Positions 48,249 to 60,200 of a stretch of DNA of 64,000 nucleotides are shown here, one piece after another. The DNA is taken from the IMG/VR virus record IMGVR_UViG_3300042485_000220; one strand, 5' to 3'. The notes beneath the pieces are model-generated. The model was not told where the DNA came from. It worked only from the letters and a program-made list of their open reading frames with translations, and ran no database searches. How positions within the stretch are numbered: position 1 is the stretch's first letter; every line of letters begins with the position of its first letter. The position numbers and the translations under genes are program-made. The stretch is from an uncultured virus (IMG/VR IMGVR_UViG_3300042485_000220). Lineage: Duplodnaviria; Heunggongvirae; Uroviricota; Caudoviricetes; Crassvirales.

Positions 48249-51200
48249 TTATTTTTTACAGCCTTTATCTTTCTTATTTAATACGTCATCTATTTCTGAA
48301 GCTTCAACAGGAGGAGTTTTTTGACCACCTATGAATACTGATTTAATAGTATCATCACTAACCTCATCTACCTTTATGAACCCATTATCAATCTTAGACT
48401 TGTTAGCAAAGTCATAGAACTCATTAGCTCTAAAACTATCACCCCAAGCATTGATTGCTTTGTAGACAATGAATGTATATCCTGATCTATTATATGTAAT
48501 TAAAGGATCAACACCATCATCTATTACCTTCTTAAATAACCCTTTCTTAATGAAAGAGAAATCTGATGCTTTGACCATCTCTGCTCTTGTCTTTCCTTGA
48601 GGTATTTCTTCCCAACTATATACAATAATATCCTTAGTGCTCTCTCTAGACAACGTTGATATCTTAATCAATTGAGGAATCTTCTTATCTCTCATTGCAA
48701 TATTTGCACCAGTGTTTAAGATAGTCAATGCATTATTATCATATCTAGTCTTTAACTTACCATCTTTTTGCTTCTCTGTTTTCCATTGTGCTTTCTTGTG
48801 AGGAACAATTTCATCATCATTCCAGTTGTTTCTTTCAAAAACATTCAATGTAGCAAAGTCAGCTAAGTTAGGTAAAGTTTCTAACTTGGACAAAATATCA
48901 TTGTATTCTTCTACAAAGTCATCATAAGGAATAAGAGAAGTAAAAGATATAGCAGATGTAGATAAACCAGATTGTAATATAGAAAGCTTTACTAACTTCT
49001 TATACAAAGGAAGATCACCTGTAGACTCCATATAGTTTCTCAACTCTTCAAAGCCATATATAACTTTGTTTTGATCATATACTTTGTTATCCTTACCTGG
49101 CATGTAAAGATTATTAGGACGCTCTTCTTCTGTTCCTGCAAACTTAGGAGCTAAAGAGTTTACAATAACATTGTTATGTAAAACGTGCTCAGGATCATTT
49201 TTAATATCATTAAAATAATCTGTAATCTGTTTTGCTGTACCATCTTTAGATAGTAGGTCTCTCTCCATATTGATCTTAAATGTAGGATTGATTTGCACAG
49301 CCCAGTCAAAAAGATCATTAACAGCTTTTCTAGCCACCTTAACAAACTGTCTATCGTTCAAGTTAACGTAAGGTCTTAGTACGCTTTGAAGCACACCTCT
49401 TACCCTTCTTGTATCAGAAGTCAAAGCTGTCTGACCAATAGCATTTCTACTATCACGTAATCCTATTCTAACTCTACCTATGAAAGATTTATTTAATAAG
49501 TTATCTACAGAAGATATAATAGTTTCTCTAGCTTGAGATAACTGCTCTTCTTTCTTAAAGATTAACATTGGGTCATTGAACGCTGTTGTATCAAAGTTAG
49601 ATCCTTGTACCACTTTAAACAATTGATTAGCCATCATGCCATACTTCAAGAACTCATTTAATATGAATTGTTGTTCAGCTTTTCCAGCAACATCAAAAGA
49701 CTTCTTACCTATGTTCTTCTCAAGAGCAGCAACGTTAGGAATACTATTCAATCCTTGTACTTTGCTTGGGTCCACCTTATATTTCTCAGAGTCTTTAATA
49801 GCAGCTACAGTTGAGTCATTAAATAACCAAGTGTATCCACTGTTTTCTAACTCACGTACATAATCACGAATGATTGGCTGGTTCATAAAGTAGGCCACCT
49901 CTTTAATTGGAACTCCAATCTTAACTAAGAACAACCATGTAGGAGCTACGTTAGGACTTGCACCTAACTCCATAATCCAAGGTCCCTTAGCAATATCCAC
50001 ATATCCATCAATAAACTGACCAATGATATCAGATATGTCATATTTATTGTTAGCATCTTTAATACCAGAAAGACTAGGCACTGTTCTACCACCAACCCTC
50101 ACTGTATTATATTTGCTAAAGTTAACATTAGCATCTCCTAACCACTTCTGATCAGACTTGCTTAATTTGTACATCATTGATTTATCAACATACATATTAG
50201 AACGTTGGTTCTGAGCATGGTTAGTTTGAGCTACAGCAGCAAGACCAATTGCATATTTACCACGTACAAACGCTTGTCTAAGTCTAGACATGAATATTTG
50301 ATTCAACATATTGTCAGTGGAAGAATAATCAAATGAACCAAGACCTAACTTGTCTGTAATATCAATTGACATGTCTTTTAATAACTTAGCATTGTTTGGT
50401 GTAACCAATCTAGTGTAGTTAGCCTCACTTCCAATAATGTTTTCTAAAGACTGAATGTATTGATTCTCAATAGACTTCTTGTATAATAGATTGATTATTT
50501 GATCTTTAGCTTTGATACCTCTAGTAAATTCTTGTGTTAATTCATCTTCATTAATAAGACCATTTAAGTTTCCAACTATTGCTGTAATTAACTTACTTGC
50601 ATTAGACTTCTCTTCAATCAAGTCTTCCAACATGATTTGTTCTTCTGCTATGTATCTGTCAAGCTCTTGTAATTGTTCTTTAGTTAAGAACTCTCCTTTG
50701 TCAAACATTTCTTCAAACTTCTTGATAGCATCCTTACCCATTCCAAAGTATGGAATCAACTTAGGCTTACCATCTTTTCCTTTGTAGATGTTCTTGAAAT
50801 ACATAGATAACTTATCTATGTCAAAGTCAGATCCAACCTTCTGAACTAATGCAGCTGGTACAACAACAGAGTCTCCAAACTCTTTAGGAAGGAACTTAGC
50901 TATCTTAATTACATCCACAGAGTTTTGCTTCTGTGTAGGAATACGAAACGCAACACCTTTCAATAGTGCCTGACCTTCCTTAGTCTCATTCAAATATTCT
51001 AACAAAGCTTCATCAGACATGTCGCTATCAAACCATCTTCCTACCATCACCTCAGCTACACGCTCTCCACCTTTCTCATAAAACTTTAATACATCTGACT
51101 CAAACAATCCATTCTTTCCTACAGGTCTTACTGATTCAAATCCTGTAGAAGGAATCTGTACTTTTAATCCACCATTAATCTTTGGACGTACAATGTTCTT

Positions 51201-54200
51201 ATCCACTATAGAATAAAGAATGTTTCTCACTTGACTGTACATAGGGCTAGCTTCAATCAAAACTTGACCTTTCTCAAAGCCCACAAGTGCAGCAACTATA
51301 TTACGATTCACTTCTCTTTTGAATAACTCAGAACGTAATGTTTGAGCAATCTTCTCAGGATCTACAATCTCAAATCCTGCTTTGGTTTGTTTAATACCTA
51401 ATCTATCAAGAAGGTTTTTATAACCAATGTCAGTCATTTCCTCTAGTAAGTCTTGGTTCTCCAATATCTCTTTGAAGAATGGAGATGCATTAGCCATAGC
51501 TGTTTCATCTTCTAAATTTTCCCAAGCTTCTAAACGCTTGTTAAAATCCTTCTCATCAGACATGAAGTCAAAAGGCACACCAGCTTGTAAGAAGTCTAAT
51601 GTTACCAACTTAGTAATCTGAGAACCTCTTGTTACAAAAGCCTCATCTTTAGAAGGCACCTCAGACTGTACACTTATAATACTAAATGGTATATTAATCT
51701 TATCTGTATCTGCAATAGGAGCATCATTAAAGTTACCCTTGCTATCATATAATTTAACCAATACATCAGCTCCCACCTTTCTACCACTGTCAAATACAGC
51801 GTAGTCAATGTTATTCTCTTGCATCTTGTTGTATAACTTGATAGCATTTGAATCCTTATTGATTTCATGTAACACTCTGTAACTCAATGGATAAAGAGCA
51901 AACTTATCTAATACAACATCATTGTAAGATTGTTTACTCATCTTAGCCCCAGCTACAATAGGTTTCAATGGAGTGTATGCACTTTTAACTTGAGGATTGC
52001 CTGCTTCTAATAAATTTGATTCATTAGGAGAAAGATCTTGACCCTTGTCTCTTTTCTCAAAAGCAACATCATATCTGTATTGTCTTTCCTCATTAGGGTT
52101 CCAGTTTGAAGCACGTATTCTAAAGTTGCGATATGCTTGCATACTAATCATACCACCACCATCTGTTTCAGTGAATGATGAATACTCTTTAGCAAATCCT
52201 TCTACATCTGCTACACCTTTGACATCCTCTAATGTGATGGTTTTGAAATAGTCAGCTGTGAAGTCAGTGTATCCAAGATCATCAATATCTGTATAGTCAT
52301 CATTATATACATTATTCATTACAGCATTTAAACCTGCTGAACCATATATGATAGCCTGACGTGGAGATAAGAAACTCTTAATACGCTTCAATTCATCTTT
52401 GTAGAAATATGGATCTGAGTATACAAGCTTATGTAACTCTATGTTATTAATCATATAGTTAACAGATAAGTACTTGATATTCACATCAACATCATTCTCA
52501 CTTAAAGATCTTTTCTTTTCAAATTCCACTCCATTAAAGTTAAAACCATTCTCATCTTCAGAAAGAATATTGTAATTAGAATACACAGCTTTTCTTCTCT
52601 CAATATCCTTCTTAACAAATGCGTCTATAGCAGTGTTTATTCTTGATTCAAAGTGTGTGTAAACATCCTCAAGAGATTTCTCTTTGCTTGGATCATATGA
52701 TACAATATCTTCATGTAATGATGGTCCTAATATATTCTTGAAGAAACGTAGGTCTGTAGACTTTCTAGTCTCGTTTTCATCTTGTACAATCTTACGACCT
52801 TCTCTAGAAACAGCTAACTCTGACAAGAAGTATCCTTTAAATACTTTATGTATTGAGCTATTGTCTTTCTTTAAACTATTTAATGTAACTGTATTACCTA
52901 CATAGTTTGCCCAGTCCAAAGAGGCATCTCCTGGAACAAGGTTCATATAGTATCCTGCTAGGTTAAGATTTAACTCTTCCTTCAAACGCTCACTAGGTGT
53001 AAGACTAGCTGGGTCTTTTCTTTTGCCAAGGCCCTCATCAATCATACCACCTGCATACGCTGTGCTTAATATCTCATCACCCTTAGGTAATTTGTTTCCT
53101 GAATCTTTATCAAATATCTTGTCCATGAATACAGAACCAGTGTTAGCAAAGTTATCTGTAAGTAAGTATTCATATCTAGAGCCAACTAATTGTTTCTTAT
53201 TGCTTATCTTAGTTAAGAAATCACGTAAGCTACTAATAGCATTACCACCTATGAAAGACTGTACTCTATCACCTTCAAGGTTAAAATAGGTACTTTCAAA
53301 GTCAGGATTTTGAATCTTAGCAAGCATGTCAGCAATCTCCTTAACTCTACCTGCAGTGTTAATTGTCTTACTAGAAATAAACTTAATCTGCTCAGCTTCT
53401 AATAAGTTCTTCTTTATACCAGCAACAGCTTTGTTAAAGTCAGATTCAAAGCCAAGTCTTCTAATCATTCTAATAGGAACATCCACTCCTAAAGACTTCA
53501 TAAATAATACACTTCTTTCTAATGATCCTAACTGTTGATTCTCAATGTTCTTCTTAATAGCTACGTACATTTTGTTAGGAGCATCATATCTATAGTACTT
53601 TCCTAAGTTCTTTTGTATAGAGCTAATGATACTGTTTTCCATATCAATAGCAATTTGCTTAGATGCTGTGCCTACAGACATATCAGTTGTCACTACAGTT
53701 CCATCAGGAGCTGTGTACACTGTAACCACGTCAGGAGCTTGTCCCTTCATTACATTGTAGAAAGAAGTAACCAGTTGAAGATCTGCATCAGTTTTTATAT
53801 TAGCATAAGGATTCAACTTCTCAGAAGAAGGTTGTCCTGTAAGTCTTTGGTATATTACACCATATTCAGGTTTTTGAGACTCTACAAACTCACGTAGTTT
53901 TTCCATCATATCATCTACTGTATCTGAGTTGTATAAAGCATTCTTAAGGTCTATATACACCTTGCTCATTGGTATTAATCTAACACCATTGATTGAAGAA
54001 AGTGTTCTTTTACCTCTTGCATTTCTGTATGGAATGGTAGCTAACAATAATTTAATAGCAGCGTTAGCCTTCTTAAACTTGTCTATTTTCTCTGACTCTT
54101 GATAGTCTCCTCTACCTGTATTATTCTCATTTGTTGTTTGAGTACTATCGTTCTCATCAAATTCAATAGAATAAGATAACAATTGTTCTTCAAAGATTTG

Positions 54201-57200
54201 AGTTATCTCATCCCAGTTTTTATCTATGATTGCAAACAACTGCTCAGCTTTTGCTACCTCAGGAGCTACATCTTCTTTTGTAGCAATACCTTCTTTCATT
54301 AGTTTAGCAGCAATGTTCTTAATCTTATCTACAACTGTATACTTAAGATTATCTTTAGCTTCTTTATATATTACAGCTCTGTTCTTAGCAGGGATATCAA
54401 ATAGGCTTTGATTAGTAGCAATAAGATTTGTAAGAGTAGAATAGGTCATTTGTTGAATAGTATCATGTACTTGTTCTCCTGTAAGACCATTAGCAATTAA
54501 ACTATACTCACTAGTTGGGTCACCTATAGCATCTTCAACATCAATAATACCAGGCTTAGCTAATGCTAACTTAGATTGATATGGAGATGCGTTCTTATAA
54601 TAACCTTCTCCTATTCTCTTAAATAACTCTTCTGTGTTTCTTGCAGCTTGAGGACCTAAGAAATATTCTTTAATAAAGTTTGCTAAATCAGTAAATAACT
54701 TAATGATGTAAGGTCTACCATCAGCAGGCTTAGGTGGAACTTTCTTATCTAATACATATTCTCTAAACTCTTCTGCTAGTTGTTCCTTGATTTGACCAGG
54801 AGTTGCTTCTGAGTATTTAACTTCTTGTCCTGTAACTCTATCTACAAAGCTGCCCTTTCTATTCTTGAATTCATTTACAATAGCCTTGCGTTCCTTAGGG
54901 TCAGAGAACATATTCCAGATAGCATGAAACACTTCATGATATGCTGTCCCAGCCTCTGCATTAGTGTATACATAGATAGCACCATTCTTATACATACCCC
55001 AAGCCTTTCTTCCTCCTGTAGCTTTGATGACATTCTTCACTCTATATACAGGAACATTAGGTAGGTTAGTTCTTAACCATTGTTCTAACTTCTTCCAGTT
55101 TTCAGATTTGAATGTCTTTATTTCATTCTCTAATATCTCACGTAAGTCTCCATCTTCATCTTCTAATAATGCTTCTTTTATAGCACCACTTCTTACACTA
55201 GGGCCCTTTGTTGTAATTTGTGCTGGTGCCTTTTCTTCAATCTCTATTACTACATCATCTGCATCTGCTTCATCAGGTATTGCAAAAGCTTCTTCATCTT
55301 CTTCTACAGCAGTTGCCTTCTGTACAGGTACATTTAAGAAGTTAGCAATAGGAGCTTTTAAAGCTCTTCCCATATCTTCCTTCTTAATATTTGCAGCAAT
55401 TAAAGCTTCCTCAGCTTTAGCTAAGTCTTCTCCTTTTAATATCTTAATACCATTATCAATATCTCCTTTAGCCAATAAATTACGATTAGCTGTGAAAGCT
55501 ATTCTAGTTCCCTTTGGAGTAATAAATATATTCTTAGTCTTACCATCTAATACAAACTTTGAACCAGTCTTAGTTTCTATTGGAGCTTCTTGTGTTTCTC
55601 CTACAGTAAATGTTTCTTCTTCTTCTGCAGAAACAGGTGTTGCAGCTGTAGGCTTAATGCCACCAGGAACAACAGTCTTAGGCACAGTTCTAACTATCTC
55701 TGTAATAGTAAAGTTGTCAGCAGCATCGCTAAGTGTAAAGTATACACCCTCTCTATTAGTATCTTCAGGAGATTCTAACGCAGTAATATCAGTAAACAAA
55801 GGAATCTCATCAGCTGTTCTTCCCTCATCTGATAACAAATATGTTTGATAGTTTTGCCATTCTTTTGTTTGTGGAATACCATTCTCACCAATACCTATGA
55901 TTTCTTCATATGTTAAATTATATTCATCTGTGTTTTGTACCTTTCTAGCATTAACATTATTGTACATGTTTTGTAGAAGAGTGACAATTGCATCTTTCTG
56001 AGTTTCCATTGCTTGTGGTGTAAAAGAAAGACTCTCTCCTTTACCAGAGAAGAACAATCTTAATTCACCATCTGCTCTCTCAAACCATATACTATTATAA
56101 CCAGGGTCTTTGCCTTCTTTAGGTTTGCCCCAGAATGTAACACTTCTTAACCAGTCAATTAAATATTCACTTCTAGCTTCTACACCACCATCATCAAACA
56201 CATTGTTAGATAATTGATTAAGAACCTCATAGATAGTTTCAGCTTCTTTAGTATTGAACAGTCTGTTCTTTAACTTAACATAAGCATTATCTAATACTAA
56301 GAATATTCTACCAAGCACATCTGTAAACTCTGTGCTTCCTTTACTAATATCTTTTGCAACAGTAGGCACTTCAATTAACTGCTTTTCAACTAAGTCTTTG
56401 TCTTCAATTAATCCAGCAGCCTTTACAGACACAGCAGCACTTGGATCAGTAACCTTCTTACCATCAGGTAATGTAATACTAACTCTAGTAGGTCTTCCAA
56501 AAGAAGGAGTGATTGATTGTAATCTAACAGCAGGGTCTTTTAATGTTTCATTTCTGAAAGCAATATATTGATCTTTTAACTCCTTTCTAGTTTGCTCAGG
56601 TGTGTTGCTTCTGAACATTGTTTCATTACCAAAGTCAGGACCCCATTGTAAACTCTCGTCAGGCATTACTTGGAACACAGCATTCTCTAACTTATCTTGA
56701 CCTTCTGCAAGAGGTTGCCCATCTTGACCTACCAATACAAAGTTACCATTACCTTGATCTTCAACCATTACTAATGCAATAGTCTTTGTTGGATCTATGT
56801 CTGTATTGTTGTTCTGTAAATATGAAGTAAGTCCTGGTATAATGTTGTCTTCATTTGCAGAAGTAACTAAGACACCAAATATATTATTCTTATTAGGGAA
56901 TGAGTTGAACTTATTACCAAAGTAATTTGCACGTGCATAGCCTAATATATTCTTACTAGCAACAGTAGATGTAACTAATATCTTTGGACCTTTCTTAGAA
57001 GTAGGTTCGTACTTAACACTATATGGAGTATTGTCTAATTGTTCCTTACTTAATGTACCAATAACTGCATTAATAAGTTTACCATCACTCTTTAACTTTT
57101 TCTCTTGTTCTTTCTGTAACTTATAAGCTTTAGCAACATCTTGAAATCTAGTTAAAATTGCTTCTCTAGCTTTTAAGTCTTGTTCATATTCCTTTAACTG

Positions 57201-60200
57201 ATCTTGTAAACCTTGTAACTCTTCTCTTAATTCAGCAACACTGCGTTCATTAGGAGTTACATCTAACTCATCAATATTGGCAAGATCTCTTTCAAACTCA
57301 ATTAAGTCTGACATTAATTCAGGGTTAGTTCTTCTAACTTCTGGATTAGCATTCAAATATTCTTGTAAAGCTAATGGAGTGTAAGGTAAGTTTGGATATT
57401 TAGCTTCAAACTTCTTAATCAGATCTAATGCCAAATCTACAGCAGTATCTAAAGCTTTCTCAACATTAGTTAAGAGCTTAGACAAAGCATTAATATTTTT
57501 ACCAGTATCTAATATTAAATCTTCAACAAGAGACTTTTGTTCTTTTAATTCATTGATAAAGTCTTCACTTTCTGCAGGAAGCTCACCTATATTCTGAACC
57601 ATGTCAGCAATGTAAGCTTGTGTAAACTCAAGTTCTTCTTGTTGAGATTCTAATTCTCTAATCTCATCAATTAACTTATCTCTTAGTTTAGATAATTTAC
57701 TTGCAGCTCTAAGTGCGTTGGCTGTGGTTTTTTTGAACGCATTCTTCTTAGTCATCTCACCAGCCTTAAGCTTGGTTTCAACATTAGTAAGATCGCCTGT
57801 TATCTTCTCAAGTTCATTGTATTTTTGTTCTAATAACTTTTGTGTAGACATTAGCTTTGATGATGTTTCATCAAACATGTCATTTAGTATTTTTAATCTA
57901 GCTTCTCTTTTAGCAGAAAATTTTGATTCTTTTAAACTAACAAATTCATCTAATGCTTGTTTTTGAATTGGTGTAAGTTCACCAACAGCCATAATCATAG
58001 GAACATCATATCCTTCTTGAGCTACAAATTGACTACCTGTAACCTCAATAGATTTAATCTTTCCTTTAGTGTCTCTGTACACAAAGTTTAATACTCCATC
58101 TTTAGGGGAGTATTCTAATCTACCTTTAACTTTCTTACCTTTACCAAAGTTAAATTGAAACACAGTGTTACTATGTTCCATATAGTATTTGGCTTTTTTA
58201 TTATTTAAAGTGTCTGACACTTTGCCTAATTTATAGCCAGCTAATTCTTCTTTAGAGATGTCTCTTACAACACCATTAGAATCCTTAATCTTAATAGTAC
58301 CATCTTCATTTTCTCCAAGGATAGTTAATCTTGGAAATCCATAAACCTCATTACCATCTTTGTCATACTTAACAGTTCTACCTAAGTAGTATTCTGTATC
58401 TACTTCAATATCTTCTTCACCATCCTTAGTCTTAACTTTTACAGTTTCTTTCTTTGGAGCATCTTTATCCATAGTTTCTGCAGTGTCATACTTACTAGGA
58501 TTGTTCTTTATATCATTATATTCAAACAAGAAGTTGTCTCTACGCAAAGCAAGCTCTGCAACATCTTCTAATGTCTGCATTAATTCATCTTCATTAATAG
58601 ACTTTGATGCCTTAATTTTTTCAACAGCTGCTATGTAAGAATCACTGTCTCCATTAGTTAAGTCATTAACAACAGTAGTAGTATCAATACCTACAGCATC
58701 TAACACTGTCATTAATTGAGGAAGTCTTTCATCATAGTCTGCCACCTTAGTTGCAGCATATATCATCTGATCCATCACCTTTGGTGAATAGACAGGCTTA
58801 CCATCAGCATTTACTAACCCACCATAGCGTACATCTAATGATTGATATAATGATTTAATGTTCTGAGCAGTAACTTCTAAGTTAGCTAATCTTTGTAGAT
58901 ATGCTTCTTTAGTATCTGTATCTAATGCCTTACCTTCTGATTGTAACTGTGCAAATCCCTCATCAGTCATTGCTAGAGTTTTATACTGAGCAATGTCGCT
59001 TTGAACAAGATCAAATCTACCATACTTAATACGAGGAGTTAGATAGTTGATTATGTAATCACGCTCTAAGTCTTTGCTCTCTAGAATATCACCTCTTCTT
59101 ATTGTTGTTTCTCTTTCCTCTTGTATAATTGTACCTCTATTAACAGATCCTTTAACTTCTTTAGAGAAGTCAGACAAGATAGCATTATTAAATTCTGTAA
59201 TAGCAGCTTGTGTATTCTTTGACTTTTCTTTTGCTTCACCAAACTTACCAGCACCTAACATTAATGCTCCAGACAATCCACCAATAAGTATGTTCTCCAT
59301 ACCCTCATTAGTAGTTAATGTTTCACTAATTCCTGCAGCAACACCATCTAACCAATTAGTTGGTTCGTTGTTATATTTCTTATTGTAATAGTTTTCTGTA
59401 GATTTGCCAATTGCGTATTGTGCACCTTCCTCAAATGCTTCTGAAGCAGAGAAGGTATATGGTCTCACCTTATTTAATGTAGATAAGATTTTTCCAAATC
59501 TATTAGGAGCTGCTATATATTTACCAGTAGCGTCTGTTGTAATTTCACCAATTTCTTTTGTAAGAGAATTAACAATCCCTTTCTCCCCTTTGTATGTAGC
59601 TCCTAGTATTTTAGGAAACTGAATATAGTTAGTAGCAGTTAATAAACCAACGTTTGCAAAGTAAGAAGAATTACCCACTTCTTCAGAAAGTTGATTAATC
59701 TTTAACAGATCTTCTCCCATAGGAGCTTGACCACCATTTGCTTCTTTATATTCTTCAATCTTTTTATTTCTAAAATCATTAAGCGTATGGTATGCTTCAA
59801 AGCCAGCCTCACCCACTGTACCTAAAGCTGCAACAGTAATTCTACCTCCTTGACCTAATGAGCTATAAGATGATAAAAACTTATCAGAAAGTCCTTTAAG
59901 TTTACCATAAGTAGAAGCTGCTTTATCTGCAGCAAGCAATGCTTCTTCTGAAGCAGCTAAAGCTTGAGCACCCTTACCCACTGAGAACAGTCTAGCTGTA
60001 AGAGGGATTGATTTTAGAGCAGCAGCATATGCTCCTCCTGACAATGCAGCACCTGCAGCAAAGCCTAAGTTTTTAACAACTCCATCCCAAATAAAGTTAG
60101 CACTAAATAACTTACTTGGAGAATACCAATCTTGTTCTCTTTCTCCTGCTTTATAATAGTTAGGCATTATGTTTTCAGAAGCCTTTACAACTTCCTCATC